DNA of 64,000 bases, from the NCBI GenBank assembly GCA_934796165.1, contig CAKVOU010000007.1, positions 27,303 through 91,302 of the forward strand, written 5' to 3'. The stretch's first letter is position 1. Every line of letters begins with the position of its first letter. The notes beneath the pieces are model-generated. The model was not told the origin of the DNA, made no database searches, and saw nothing but the letters and a program-made list of their open reading frames with translations. Below, one piece after another: positions 9,882 to 19,958 of this stretch. Source of the DNA: an uncultured Eubacteriales bacterium (GTDB lineage: Bacteria > Bacillota > Clostridia > Oscillospirales > CAG-272). The translations under genes and the position numbers were made by a program.

Positions 9882-10009
9882 AAAGACAGGCGGAACGACC
9901 GGGACCCGAGAACAGCGCGGAGGGGGATCCTCCGCCTCCCCGCATGGGGAGGCTGGAGGCGGGCACCCCTGCGCGGCAGAAAGAGAAACGCCGGAACGAA
10001 GCATCATAA

Positions 10010-10046
10010 AACAAAAGCATCCCCCGCCGCACAAAGTGCGGCGGGG
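10010..10046. terminator. bidirectional rho-independent terminator
   Basis: TCCCCCGCCGC pairs with GCGGCGGGGGA. T-rich flanks on both strands, between convergent genes. Confidence 0.75.
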
Positions 10047-10155
10047 GATTTCATTCAGTTGCCGGGACAGCATCCGCAACAGATATTGCTCATGCCAGAA
10101 CTGCCCATCGGACAGCGGGCAATCCGTTGCCCATACACCACGCCCGAAGCAAGGC

Positions 10156-10626
10156 TTACTCCTTGTCGGCGGACTTCTCCTCTTCGATCACGCAGTCAAA
10201 CTTTTCGCCGCACGCAGGGCAGACCATTTCCTTGTCTGCAAGAGATGCGTCAAAGCAGACGGTTTCGCCGCAGGACGGGCAGACGATTTCATAATACTCA
10301 TCGTCGTCATCCTCCCCTGCGAACTCGCAGTCCTCGCCGCAGGTGGCACAGTTGCCGTCGCAGTCCTCGTCGGTGATTTCGTCATCGTCATCCTCGTCGT
10401 CCTCGTCGTCGAACACATAGTCCTCGACCTCGCCGAGATCCTCGTCCACCTCGGAAACATACTGATCCAGATATTCGACCGTGCTCGACAGCGTGGTGAT
10501 TTCATCCGCCATTTCGCCGCAAAGTCCGATCAGCGCGTCGATCAGCTTGCCTTCCTTGGTGTTCTTGTCAAGAACAAGCCCCTCGGCAAGTCCCTTGATA
10601 TATGCTGCTTTTTCCTTGAGTTCCAT
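10156..10626 (-). CDS. acidic protein with double CxxC zinc-ribbon C-terminus (CD1247 N-terminal-domain-like)
   Basis: ORF 10156..10824 trimmed to the ATG at 10624-10626 (GGAGAA upstream). MELKEKAAYIKGLAEG..., a poly-D/E tract, then CPSCGETVC...CPACGEKF. Confidence 0.75.
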   Translation of the reverse strand: MELKEKAAYIKGLAEGLVLDKNTKEGKLIDALIGLCGEMADEITTLSSTVEYLDQYVSEVDEDLGEVEDYVFDDEDDEDDDDEITDEDCDGNCATCGEDCEFAGEDDDDEYYEIVCPSCGETVCFDASLADKEMVCPACGEKFDCVIEEEKSADKE

Positions 10627-10839
10627 ACTGAATTCTCCTTCCATCTTTCTTCGGCGGTCTTCCCCGCCTGTGACACCCATCCGGTGTCCTGATTCCGAAA
10701 AACGGGAAAACATACCGTCAAGCATTGTTTTCCCGTCTTTATTCGTGTCACTCCGTCTTCTCCGGATCTTCCGTGCGCCGACAAACGGAACTTCTCCCGT
10801 CGGTCGCGGAAATTCCCCGCACAAGGCGCGGAAACAATC

Positions 10840-11409
10840 TTAAGCTCTCGACAGATACTCGCCGGTACGCGTGTCGATCTTGACCATGTCGCCCTCGTTG
10901 AGGAAGAGCGGGACCTTGATCTCAGCGCCGGTTTCCAGCGTTGCGGGCTTGAGGGTATTGGTTGCGGTGTTACCTGCGAAGCCGGGATCGGTCTTGGTGA
11001 TCTGCAGCTCGACGAAGGTGGGCGGATCGACCTCAAAGATGTTGCCCTTGTAGGAAACGATCTTGCACATCATCTCTTCCTTGACGAACTTGAACGCGTC
11101 GCCGACCTTGTTGTGCGGCACGAGCGTTTCTTCCCAGGTCTCGGTATCCATGAAATGGTACAGATCGCCGTCGTCGTAGGAGTACTGCATATCCTTTCTT
11201 TCGATATACGCGATGTCAAACTTGTCCGTCGGGTTGAACGTCTTTTCGACGACAGCGCCGGAAATCACGTTCTTGAGCTTGGTACGGACGAATGCCGCGC
11301 CCTTGCCGGGTTTGACGTGCTGGAATTCAATGACCTGAAGCACATTGCCCGTTCCGTCGTCAAAGGTAATGCCGTTCTTGAAATCTCCTGCAACAACTAC
11401 TGATGCCAT
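10840..11409 (-). CDS. efp: translation elongation factor P
   Basis: [16 protein letters not shown]...[21 protein letters not shown] trimmed to the ATG at 11407-11409 with GGAGG upstream. Confidence 0.95.
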   Translation of the reverse strand: MASVVVAGDFKNGITFDDGTGNVLQVIEFQHVKPGKGAAFVRTKLKNVISGAVVEKTFNPTDKFDIAYIERKDMQYSYDDGDLYHFMDTETWEETLVPHNKVGDAFKFVKEEMMCKIVSYKGNIFEVDPPTFVELQITKTDPGFAGNTATNTLKPATLETGAEIKVPLFLNEGDMVKIDTRTGEYLSRA

Positions 11410-11798
11410 GGTTGAAACCTCCGAAATAGAGTGGATTATCCGTATTGGCGGCGATAAAAACGCCGGCAACCATACAGTTACTGTTATTTTACACCAAAAA
11501 GGCAGGTTTGGCAAGAGGGTTTTCACATTTTTTTGCGTTTCGGTAAATTTTTTCGCAAAAAACAAGAAGACCGCCCCTCCGGCGGTCTCCCTGTCTTATT
11601 TATGCCGTCCCGATTGGAACGGAATGCTTATTGTCATTATAGCATCGGTTTTTCGGTTTGTCAAGCAAATTTTTGTTTTTTTCTCCGAAAACACGAAACT
11701 TTTTTGAAAGATTTTCGTCAATGCTTCCGATTTTCCCGGAAAGAGTGCAAAACGACCCGCTCGTCTTTGATTTTCCTTGTGCAAAACAAATCGGGCGG

Positions 11799-11827
11799 TT
11801 GCTTTTGATGGGGGGATATGATATAAT
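11799..11827 (+). promoter_or_regulatory. sigma-A type promoter
   Basis: TTGCTT, 17 nt spacer, TATAAT, about 125 nt upstream of the metallophosphoesterase ATG. Confidence 0.55.
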
Positions 11828-11951
11828 GAACAACGTGCCCGGGTGCTACGCCATACCGGGAAAGTGCCGACAACGTATTTTTTTGAAACGACAAGCAACA
11901 AAAAATCAGAAGAAGGGGCTTCCGCCACGCGGGAGCTCGGTGGAGTTCCGC

Positions 11952-13196
11952 ATGAAAAACAGATCCTGCCCCGCCTTTTTTGCAGCGTTCCCCGCGGTAT
12001 ATGCGACGGAGAACGTTTATCAGATCTTCATTCCGGTGCGGGAAGCCTCGGTCATGTGGGCAACCGTCGGCAAAGAACGCTTTGACGACGCCAGAGGCGG
12101 CGTTCTGCGCTCCGGTACACTCTGTCACAAGGTCACGGTGCCGATGGAGTCCCTCGACCGCGCCGGGGAATACACCCTGCACTGGCGCAGGATCCCGGAA
12201 AGAAAGCCGTATTTCACCGAGGCGGGAGACGAGGAAACGGCGACCTTCTGTTTCCGCCCCGTTCCGGAAACGGGAAATCTGCGGCTCTGTCACCTGTCCG
12301 ACACGCACGGGCTTCTCGCTCCGGCAGTCCACGCGGCGGAGATAGCCGCGACGGAAGTGACCGACGGAACGACCGGAGAAAGAACCGGCGTGATCACCAG
12401 GGAACCGTCCGTGCGCACTCCCGTTCCGGACGGCTTTGACCTGATCTTATTTACCGGCGACGTGCACAACCACAACGGCGGCGAGACGGAGTACCAAGCC
12501 CTCCCCCGCCTTGTGTCGGAGCTTGCCCACGGGGAGATTCCCATCGTCTATGCGCGGGGCAACCACGACACGCGCGGCGCTTTTGCGGAGTATCTTCCCG
12601 AAATCGCACCGACGGTCGGCGGTGTGTATTACTACACCTTCCGTCTGGGCGGGCTGTGGGGACTGGTGCTGGACTGCGGCGAGGACAAGCCGGACGACCA
12701 CCCCGAATACGGGTTTGTCAACGACTTTTCCCTGTACCGCGAGGCGGAGAGCGCGTTTCTCCGTCGCCTGACCGAAAAGAGCGGCAACCTTCCCGGTTCC
12801 CGGGAAACCGCTTCCCTTTCCCCCGACGCACCGGACATCAGATGGCGGTTGGTCATCAGCCACGTTCCGTTCCCCTTTCCCAAGGAACCGCCGTTTGACA
12901 TTGAACGCGGACGGTATGCGGACTGGTGCCGCATGATCGGCAAGGGAATCCGCCCGGATCTGATGGTATCGGGGCACCTGCACGTCTGTGAGGTCTGTCA
13001 GCCGGGATGTGAAAGAGACAAAGAACACATCCAGTTTTGCCCGCTGTTCCTCTCCTGCCGCCCGGACTTTGAGAACGAGGTCTACACCTGCGGCACGCTG
13101 ACGCTCACCGCGGACGGAATTCTTCCGCGCTATGTTTCCTCGGACGGAACCGTGCGCACCGAAGAAAAGATCCCGCTTGCGGGAAGAAACGGTTGA
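11952..13196 (+). CDS. calcineurin-like metallophosphoesterase
   Basis: LCHLSDTHG, FTGDVHNH and ARGNHD motifs. ORF 11658..13196 trimmed to the ATG at 11952, because the upstream part covers an AT-rich promoter region. Confidence 0.8.
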   Translation: MKNRSCPAFFAAFPAVYATENVYQIFIPVREASVMWATVGKERFDDARGGVLRSGTLCHKVTVPMESLDRAGEYTLHWRRIPERKPYFTEAGDEETATFCFRPVPETGNLRLCHLSDTHGLLAPAVHAAEIAATEVTDGTTGERTGVITREPSVRTPVPDGFDLILFTGDVHNHNGGETEYQALPRLVSELAHGEIPIVYARGNHDTRGAFAEYLPEIAPTVGGVYYYTFRLGGLWGLVLDCGEDKPDDHPEYGFVNDFSLYREAESAFLRRLTEKSGNLPGSRETASLSPDAPDIRWRLVISHVPFPFPKEPPFDIERGRYADWCRMIGKGIRPDLMVSGHLHVCEVCQPGCERDKEHIQFCPLFLSCRPDFENEVYTCGTLTLTADGILPRYVSSDGTVRTEEKIPLAGRNG

Positions 13197-13362
13197 TGGA
13201 CCGGATCGGCTGAATCACCTTTCACAACCGAAACGCCCGGAACATCTGAGGCGGCTGGAATCCCTGCCGCAGCCGGAACGAAACAACCGCAGCAATCAAA
13301 AAAACAGCCGTCACGGCTGAAACGGCGCGGGCACCGAATGTCCGATAGAAAGTGACAACCTT

Positions 13363-14136
13363 ATGAGAATTCTTGCCATCGGCGACGTGGTCGGTCAGAC
13401 CGCACTCGCCACCCTGATCTCCGGCATCCGGAAGAAACGCGCAGAACTCGGCGCCGACCTTGTGGTCGTCAACGGCGAAAACGCGACCGAGGTGCGCGGA
13501 CTGTGCGCGAGAGACGCACATCTGCTTGCCGACGCGGGCGTCGATCTCATCACGCTCGGCAACCACACCTACGGAATGCGCGACCTTTACGATCTTCTGG
13601 AGGACGAGTCCTTCCCCATGATCCGTCCCGCCAATTTCCCGGCTGCGGCGCCCGGTATGGGATACCGCACGCTGAACGCGGACGGCTACCGGATACTCTG
13701 TATCAGCGTCCAGGGCGTTGTGTACATGGACACGCTCGCAAGCCCGTTTGAAACGGTGGACCGTATTCTGGCGCGCGAAAAGGGCGCTTACGACTTTGCG
13801 CTTATGGATATCCACGCCGAGGCGACCTCGGAAAAGCTCGCCATTGCGCATTACTTTGACGGGCGGATCGCGGTCATGTTCGGCACCCACACACACGTCC
13901 AGACGGCGGACGAACAGATTCTGCCGAAGGGGTCCGGGTACATTACCGACCTCGGCATGACGGGTCCCGGGAACGGAATCATCGGCACCGACGCGCAGAC
14001 CGTCATTGACCGGTTTCTCACGCACCTCCCCGCACGCTTCACGGTCGCTGACGGCGAGATCACGACCCACGGGGCACTGTTTGACGTAGACGAAGGCACA
14101 GGGCGCGTCAGACGGGTTGAGCGGATCGTGTACTGA
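13363..14136 (+). CDS. ymdB: YmdB-family (TIGR00282) metallophosphoesterase
   Basis: MRILAIGDVVG...VVVNGENA...LGNH...GTHTHVQTADE motifs. Confidence 0.85.
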   Translation: MRILAIGDVVGQTALATLISGIRKKRAELGADLVVVNGENATEVRGLCARDAHLLADAGVDLITLGNHTYGMRDLYDLLEDESFPMIRPANFPAAAPGMGYRTLNADGYRILCISVQGVVYMDTLASPFETVDRILAREKGAYDFALMDIHAEATSEKLAIAHYFDGRIAVMFGTHTHVQTADEQILPKGSGYITDLGMTGPGNGIIGTDAQTVIDRFLTHLPARFTVADGEITTHGALFDVDEGTGRVRRVERIVY

Positions 14137-14320
14137 CCGGGCGAAACAAAAAGCAACCGGCACACTGCCAGATTGACCGAAAATCGGAAATGGCGGACAC
14201 GAGGGATAGATTCCGCGCGGGAATCCGCCGAGAAAGCGCCGATTTCCGGACGCAAAGCCACGCACCGGGTGGCAGAGATGTTGTCCGCGCCCCGACTTTG
14301 ATTTTGCAAGGAGGCACCCT

Positions 14321-15121
14321 ATGTTTTACGACGCACCCGAAACGGAGAAGCCCTTTGACCGCATGGCGGACGACGGCGGTTTCTCCGCAATCTTCCGCAC
14401 CATCGCCTGCATCGGCGACAGCCTTTCCTCCGGCGAGCACGAGGGAACTGCCGAGGACGGTTCGGGCTTGTACCTCGACTATTTTGAATACTCGTGGGGA
14501 CAGTTTATGGCGCGGACGCTCGGTTCCAAAGTTTATAATTTGTCGCGCGGCGGCATGACGGCAAATGAATACATCTCGACCTTTGCGGACGAGAACGGCT
14601 TCTGGTCGCCCGAATACGCAAGCCAGGCATACATCATCGCGCTCGGCGTCAACGACGTGAACTGGGCATATGCCGGGACGCTCGGCGAGCTTGCCGACAT
14701 AGAAAACGATCCGCGCGCCGCCGGAAAACCGACCTTCGCCGGGGATATGGCGCACATCATCCGCAAGGTCAGGGAGCAGGAGCCGAAAAGCCGGATTTTT
14801 CTTATGACTATCCCGCGCAATCCCGACACCGACCCCGAAATCATCCGCCGGGAAGACCGCCACGCGGAGCTGATCCGCGGAATCGCCGAAGCGTTCCCGT
14901 TCACCTATGTACTGGATTTCCGCAAATATGCGCCCGTCTATGACGAAGCGTTCCGCAAGAGATTTTTTGTCGGTTTTCATATGAATGCCGCGGGGTATCT
15001 TCTGACGGCGAAGTTTGTAATGTCCTATCTGGATTACATCATCCGCCACAATCCGGAGGACTTCTGCCAGGTCGGGTTTATCGGAAAAGGCGGGGTACAT
15101 AACGGGAATTACAAGTGGTGA
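14321..15121 (+). CDS. SGNH/GDSL-family hydrolase
   Basis: Block I IACIGDSLSSGE, with downstream GxND-like LGVNDV. Confidence 0.8.
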   Translation: MFYDAPETEKPFDRMADDGGFSAIFRTIACIGDSLSSGEHEGTAEDGSGLYLDYFEYSWGQFMARTLGSKVYNLSRGGMTANEYISTFADENGFWSPEYASQAYIIALGVNDVNWAYAGTLGELADIENDPRAAGKPTFAGDMAHIIRKVREQEPKSRIFLMTIPRNPDTDPEIIRREDRHAELIRGIAEAFPFTYVLDFRKYAPVYDEAFRKRFFVGFHMNAAGYLLTAKFVMSYLDYIIRHNPEDFCQVGFIGKGGVHNGNYKW

Positions 15122-15173
15122 CGGCGCATCCCTCTGCCCTTCCGTTACCGTCGTTCAATCGCATATATAACAG

Positions 15174-15203
15174 ACGCGCCCCCTGTGGGGCGCGTTGTTT
15201 TTG
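15174..15203 (+). terminator. rho-independent terminator
   Basis: ACGCGCCCC pairs with GGGGCGCGT, followed by TGTTTTTG. Confidence 0.8.
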
Positions 15204-15204
15204 T

Positions 15205-15740
15205 GTTCCCCGCCCCGACCGGGGCAATGTCGGGACGGCGGATGCCCGCATACCGGGAGAACCTCTGTTCTTCATTCTCCCGCCCCCCGCAAACTCCATA
15301 ATAACGAAGCCGCGCAAACTGATGCCCTCCTGCTAAACGCCGGAATATTGCCCGCCCCCGCAAGCGCCAAAGAGAAGAATTTCCGCAAAACTCCACACGC
15401 GCTCCCGCCGTGAAACTCCCGTTCCCCGACCCGCGCGGGCGCTGACCAAACGATTTCCGCGGGGCGATCCGCGCGCGGTACTCGAAATAAAAGACAATCG
15501 CCTTTCGCTGCACAAACATCCCGTTTCAATGTACCCGCTTCCGCTTGTGACGGCGTTTCCGCAACCTTCTCCATTCCGCGGAACGAGCGCAGTTCCCGCC
15601 CCGACATTCATCCCCCAGTCGGGGCGGGCGGGGTATCCCCAAAGGGGCAGCGCCCCTATGGGCGAACCTTTCGGTCGTTTTCGCTTGCGAAAACTGTTTC
15701 CACTTCGTCGGGAAAGGTATCCCCCGCGCGGGGAGCGCAA
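15205..15740. repeat. non-coding GC-rich region with a recurring TCCCGCCCC(GAC) motif and hairpins
   Basis: Motif copies near 15207, 15268, 15348, 15401, 15421 and 15592. Perfect 11-bp hairpin CCCGCCCCGAC...GTCGGGGCGGG at about 15595-15628 and an imperfect twin at about 15210-15240. All frames give Arg/Pro/Gly-rich junk. Confidence 0.6.
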
Positions 15741-15819
15741 AGAAAAAAATTATTACAGATAATCCGTAGAACACAGAGTTTTCAATTCATTTTCAGCCAT
15801 CCCCACGAATTAAAATAAA

Positions 15820-15866
15820 AATCAATAATAAAACAGCCCCGCTTCCCTTCCGGAAAGCGGGGCTGT
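15820..15866 (-). terminator. rho-independent terminator of the rplK-rplA unit
   Basis: CAGCCCCGCTT pairs with AAGCGGGGCTG. On the minus strand it is followed by a T-rich run. Confidence 0.8.
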
Positions 15867-15881
15867 TATTTCATTCAACCA

Positions 15882-16568
15882 TTAACCAAGCTTTGCCTGG
15901 TTGATCTTGATGCCGGGGCCCATCGTGGATGCGACAACGCAGCTCTTGATGTACTGACCCTTCGCGGTTGCCGGCTTTGCCTTGATGACAGCACCGAGCA
16001 GCGTGTCAAAGTTCTCCTTCAGCTTCTCAGCACCGAAGGAAGCCTTGCCGATCGCGCAGTGGATGATGTTGGTCTTATCGAGACGGTACTCCACCTTACC
16101 TGCCTTGGCTTCGGTCACTGCCTTAGCCACGTCGGGGGTAACGGTACCTGCCTTCGGAGAAGGCATCAAGCCCTTCGGACCGAGGACCTTACCGAGCTTA
16201 CCGATCACGCCCATCATATCGGGGCTTGCGATGACCACGTCAAACTCGAACCAGTTCTCATGAACGATTTTGTCTGCCAATTCTGCGCCGCCGACATAGT
16301 CAGCGCCTGCTGCCTTTGCCTTGTCCACATTGTCTCCCTTTGCGAAAACAAGGGTGCGGACCGTCTTACCGGTACCGTTCGGGAGGACGACTGCGCCTCT
16401 GACCTGCTGATCAGCATGACGGGAGTCAACGCCGAGACGGATGTGGCATTCAATGGTTTCGTCGAACTTTGCCTTGGAGGTCTGGCACACCAGTGCGATC
16501 GCGTCGGCAGAGTCGTACAGCTTGCTCTTTTCAATCAGCTTTACGCTGTCAGTATACTTCTTTCCCAT
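15882..16568 (-). CDS. rplA: 50S ribosomal protein L1
   Basis: [18 protein letters not shown]...[13 protein letters not shown]. Full-length conserved sequence. Confidence 0.97.
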   Translation of the reverse strand: MGKKYTDSVKLIEKSKLYDSADAIALVCQTSKAKFDETIECHIRLGVDSRHADQQVRGAVVLPNGTGKTVRTLVFAKGDNVDKAKAAGADYVGGAELADKIVHENWFEFDVVIASPDMMGVIGKLGKVLGPKGLMPSPKAGTVTPDVAKAVTEAKAGKVEYRLDKTNIIHCAIGKASFGAEKLKENFDTLLGAVIKAKPATAKGQYIKSCVVASTMGPGIKINQAKLG

Positions 16569-16585
16569 TTTTCATGCCCTCCTTC

Positions 16586-17011
16586 TCAGTCTTCCACCGT
16601 GATACCCATGCTGCGCGCGGTACCTGCGATCATGCTCATTGCACTTTCGAGGGATGCAGCGTTCAGGTCGGGCATCTTGGTCTCGGCGATCTTCTTCACC
16701 TGCTCCTTGGTGAGCTTTGCAACCTTGGTCTTGTTCGGAGCCGCGGAAGCAGTCTCAATGCCGCACGCCTTCTTGATCAGAACGGGAGCGGGAGGAGTCT
16801 TGGTGATGAACGTGAAGGAACGGTCAGCGTATACCGTAATGACGACCGGGATAATCAGACCGATGTCATTCTTGGTGCGCTCGTTGAATTCCTTGGTGAA
16901 CACGGCGATTGCGACACCGTAAGCACCGAGTGCAGGACCGACAGGCGGCTGAGGAGTTGCCTTGCCTGCGGGCAGCTGCAGCTTGATATAACCCATAATC
17001 TTCTTAGCCAT
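16586..17011 (-). CDS. rplK: 50S ribosomal protein L11
   Basis: [29 protein letters not shown]. Confidence 0.97.
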   Translation of the reverse strand: MAKKIMGYIKLQLPAGKATPQPPVGPALGAYGVAIAVFTKEFNERTKNDIGLIIPVVITVYADRSFTFITKTPPAPVLIKKACGIETASAAPNKTKVAKLTKEQVKKIAETKMPDLNAASLESAMSMIAGTARSMGITVED

Positions 17012-17086
17012 TGTGAATTAACCTCCTTAGATGTGGTTGATGCGGGAGAAATCAGATTTTTCTCCCTCCCACGTGTCCGTCTTTGG

Positions 17087-17635
17087 TCAGACGGCACTGT
17101 CCGCGAGCTTGAGCGCGTCGGCTTCAATCTCCACGGGCATATCACGGCGGCCTCTCTTGACGAGCACCGTGACGTTTTTCTTGTCATCGGAAATCGACTG
17201 AACGACTCCCTCGTAGCCTTCGAACAAACCGCTGATGATCGAAACGGTATCCCCTTCCTTGAAGGAAAGACGAACCTGCGTCTCCTCGATGGAGAGCGCG
17301 GCAACCTCCGCGTCGGAAAGAGGCGTCGGTCTGGATCCGGGACCCACGAATCCGGTCACGCCCGTAATGTTACGGACGGCGTGCCAGCTTTCGTCTGTCA
17401 TGACCATCTTGATATACACGTAGCACGGAAACACCTTGACTTCCTTGGTCTTTTCCACATCGCCGTTTTTCTCGACGATGGTTTCCGTCGGGATCTTCGT
17501 ATCGAAGATCAGGTGTCCGAGCTTGCGGTTTTCAACGATTTTCTCCAGGTTATCCTTGACTTTGTTTTCGTACCCCGAATATGTGTGCGCCACATACCAT
17601 TTCGGGCCTACGTTCATTTCGTCGAAATCGCTCAT
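17087..17635 (-). CDS. nusG: transcription termination/antitermination factor NusG
   Basis: KWYVAHTYSGYENKVKDNLE...KOW region FKEGDTVSIISGLFEG. Confidence 0.95.
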   Translation of the reverse strand: MSDFDEMNVGPKWYVAHTYSGYENKVKDNLEKIVENRKLGHLIFDTKIPTETIVEKNGDVEKTKEVKVFPCYVYIKMVMTDESWHAVRNITGVTGFVGPGSRPTPLSDAEVAALSIEETQVRLSFKEGDTVSIISGLFEGYEGVVQSISDDKKNVTVLVKRGRRDMPVEIEADALKLADSAV

Positions 17636-17645
17636 AGGAAAATCC

Positions 17646-17867
17646 TCAACCGACGAGACCGCTCAGCGCGATGATCCCCTTGGTGAAGCCCCAGTCAAGC
17701 AATCCGACCAGTACGGCAATTGCAACGGACGCGACCAGCACGATCAGCGTGTTCTTCCAGGTCTGATCCCAGGAGAACCAGACAATCTTTCTGATCTCAC
17801 TGCGGTAGCTGCGGAAGAAGCGCTTTACCTTCTCGCCGAAGCCGACCTTTGTTTTTTCTTCAGCCAT
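17646..17867 (-). CDS. secE: preprotein translocase subunit SecE
   Basis: 73 aa with a single C-terminal TM, in the conserved position between rpmG and nusG. Confidence 0.9.
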   Translation of the reverse strand: MAEEKTKVGFGEKVKRFFRSYRSEIRKIVWFSWDQTWKNTLIVLVASVAIAVLVGLLDWGFTKGIIALSGLVG

Positions 17868-17883
17868 TTCTCAATCCTCCGAA

Positions 17884-18045
17884 TTACTTGGATTCTTTGT
17901 GAAGAGTGTGTTTCCGGCAGAACGGGCAGAACTTCTGAAGTTCAAGTCTGTCGGGATCGTTTTTCTTGTTCTTGGTCGTGTCATAGTTTCTCTGCTTGCA
18001 CTCGGTGCAAACGAGCGTGATCTTGACTCTTGCGTCATTAGCCAT
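17884..18045 (-). CDS. rpmG: 50S ribosomal protein L33
   Basis: Below the ORF-track size cut-off. Hand translation gives [53 protein letters not shown] (53 aa). GGAGGTG upstream. Confidence 0.95.
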   Translation of the reverse strand: MANDARVKITLVCTECKQRNYDTTKNKKNDPDRLELQKFCPFCRKHTLHKESK

Positions 18046-18188
18046 ATTAGCGGCACCTCCCATTATAAATTATTTGGTTTCCGAGGGAAACCCAGTACCT
18101 CCCTCGGCGAACGTCGCGTGCCGGGACCGTAAAAACGGATGGCGCTTTTCCGGGCACGAAAAAAAGACCTTTTCGCAGAGGTAAAGCC

Positions 18189-18217
18189 ATTTTACCACGT
18201 TCCGGGCGGCTTGTCAA
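18189..18217 (-). promoter_or_regulatory. sigma-A type promoter of rpmG-secE-nusG
   Basis: On the minus strand: TTGACA (18212-18217), 17 nt spacer, TAAAAT (18189-18194). Confidence 0.7.
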
Positions 18218-18268
18218 GCGTTTTGCGGAAATTTTTCCGGGGAGGCGGGATCTTACACTGTTTTTTAC

Positions 18269-18297
18269 TTGCAATTGTCCGGCTTGTCTGCTATAAT
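18269..18297 (+). promoter_or_regulatory. sigma-A type promoter
   Basis: TTGCAA, 17 nt spacer, TATAAT, 30 nt upstream of the 18328 gene. Confidence 0.7.
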
Positions 18298-18327
18298 GGG
18301 GGCAATCTATGAAAGGCGGCGCAACCT

Positions 18328-18852
18328 ATGCATCCCTTCCGGCACTTCCGGACGATCACTCATCACCGGCATCTTGTCATTGCCGGCTGTTTCCGCGCGG
18401 GAATCCCGTGGCGGGGACTTCTGCATGACCTGTCCAAATACAGTCCCACCGAGTTCTTCACGGGGGCAAAATATTACCTCGGCACCCGCAGTCCCAACGC
18501 CGCGGAGCGCGAAGCGATCGGTTATTCGGTCGCGTGGATGCACCACAAGGGGCGCAATCCGCATCATTTTGAATACTGGACGGACTTTTCCAAGGCGACC
18601 GGGCGTTACGAGCCGGTCAAAATGCCGCTGAAATATCTGAAGGAAATGTTCTGCGACCGCATTGCCGCCTCCAAGACTTACCAGGGGAAGAATTACACCG
18701 ACCGCCACCCGCTCGAATACCTGACGACGCGGAACGACCGGGATCTGATGCACCCGGAATCCTATGCCATGATGGAGAAAATGCTGACCGTGCTTGCCGA
18801 AAAGGGAGAAAAGGAAGCGTTCCGCTTTGTCCGGAACCTGAAATCCTACTGA
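18328..18852 (+). CDS. His-rich hypothetical protein (DUF5662-like, from memory)
   Basis: 174 aa: HHRHLV...LLHDLSKY...WMHHKGRNPHHFEYW. The family assignment is tentative. Confidence 0.7.
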   Translation: MHPFRHFRTITHHRHLVIAGCFRAGIPWRGLLHDLSKYSPTEFFTGAKYYLGTRSPNAAEREAIGYSVAWMHHKGRNPHHFEYWTDFSKATGRYEPVKMPLKYLKEMFCDRIAASKTYQGKNYTDRHPLEYLTTRNDRDLMHPESYAMMEKMLTVLAEKGEKEAFRFVRNLKSY

Positions 18853-18992
18853 TCCGCCGGGAACGGCAGCCCGTTTTTTCCGAAAAAACCGGGGACGCGC
18901 CGGGCATCGGAGCGCCACCGGATCCGTATCATCCGACGACCCGTTCGAGAGCTGACCGCAGAGGAACCGCAATACAAGGAGAAACCTGATAT

Positions 18993-19874
18993 ATGTACGA
19001 ATTTCACCGTGTGGGCGGGCACACCTGCTATCTTTCCGCCCCCACCAACATCGGAATCTATCTGCGCGGAAACACCGCCTATGTCATTGATACCGGCAGC
19101 CATGATGCCGACGCCGACGCAATCCTCCGCGTGCTCGGGGAAAACGGGCTGACGCTCGCGGGAGTCATCAGCACCCACGCGCACGCCGACCATACCGGCG
19201 GCAACCGGCGTCTGCAGGACATAACGGGATGCCCGGTCTTTGCGTCCCCCGCGGAGGGAGCGATCATCGCAAATCCCATCCTTAACACCTCCCTGCTCTA
19301 CGGCGCCTATCCGCCGGAGGAGCTTCGCCGCATTCATTATCTGTATGCCGGCGACTGCCGGGTCAGCGGATTTGAGCATCCCGCGTTCCCGAAGGAACTG
19401 GAGATCCTCCCGCTCCCCGGGCACTCGGTCGGGATGATCGCCGTGCGCACCCCGGACGGAGTTCTGTTTGCCGCGGACGCAGTCGTGGACGAGAACGCGT
19501 GGAAAAAAGGCGGCGCGCCGTACCTTTACCGGGTCGGACAGGCGCTGGAATCGCTGGACCGGCTGGAGCACCTGCCCGCAAAGCTGTACATTCCCTCGCA
19601 CGCAAAGCCGACGGAGGATATTTCCGCCCTTACGTGCCTCAACCGGGAGCGGATCCTCGCGACGCGCGACTGCCTGCTTGCTCTGACCGCCGAGCCGGTT
19701 CCGTTTGACGTTCTGATCGGGCGCTTTGCCGGTTCACACGGCTTGAGGCTTGACCTGTTCCGCCACGCAATCCTCGGCAGTACACTGCGCGCGTACCTCT
19801 CGTGGATGCTGGACGACGGATCGGTCACGACCCTCTCGGACGGGGAACGGTTGCTCTGGCGGCGGAGTGAATAA
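18993..19874 (+). CDS. MBL-fold metallo-hydrolase
   Basis: THAHADHTGG motif. Confidence 0.85.
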   Translation: MYEFHRVGGHTCYLSAPTNIGIYLRGNTAYVIDTGSHDADADAILRVLGENGLTLAGVISTHAHADHTGGNRRLQDITGCPVFASPAEGAIIANPILNTSLLYGAYPPEELRRIHYLYAGDCRVSGFEHPAFPKELEILPLPGHSVGMIAVRTPDGVLFAADAVVDENAWKKGGAPYLYRVGQALESLDRLEHLPAKLYIPSHAKPTEDISALTCLNRERILATRDCLLALTAEPVPFDVLIGRFAGSHGLRLDLFRHAILGSTLRAYLSWMLDDGSVTTLSDGERLLWRRSE

Positions 19875-19911
19875 ATCCGAAGGCGCGGTTCCGCCGGGGA
19901 AACACGGACAA

Positions 19912-19957
19912 AGAGAAACCGCCGCCCGCGCCATACGGCGCGGGCGGCGGTTTCTCT
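19912..19957. terminator. long perfect hairpin terminator between convergent genes
   Basis: 21-bp stem AGAGAAACCGCCGCCCGCGCC / GGCGCGGGCGGCGGTTTCTCT with loop ATAC. Abuts the proB stop codon. Confidence 0.8.
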
Positions 19958-19958
19958 T

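Noticed and set aside
8844-10079. 411-aa minus-strand ORF
   Set aside because: Antisense to the well-supported Gfo/Idh/MocA gene. Compositional artefact.
11658-11951. Upstream 98 codons of the 512-aa metallophosphoesterase ORF, and minus-strand ORFs 11596..11928
   Set aside because: AT-rich promoter region containing TTGCTT-17-TATAAT. The peptide composition is non-protein-like.
15529-15762. Small ORFs in the rplA downstream region as possible rplJ remnants
   Set aside because: No resemblance to L10 or L7/L12 in any frame that I could see.
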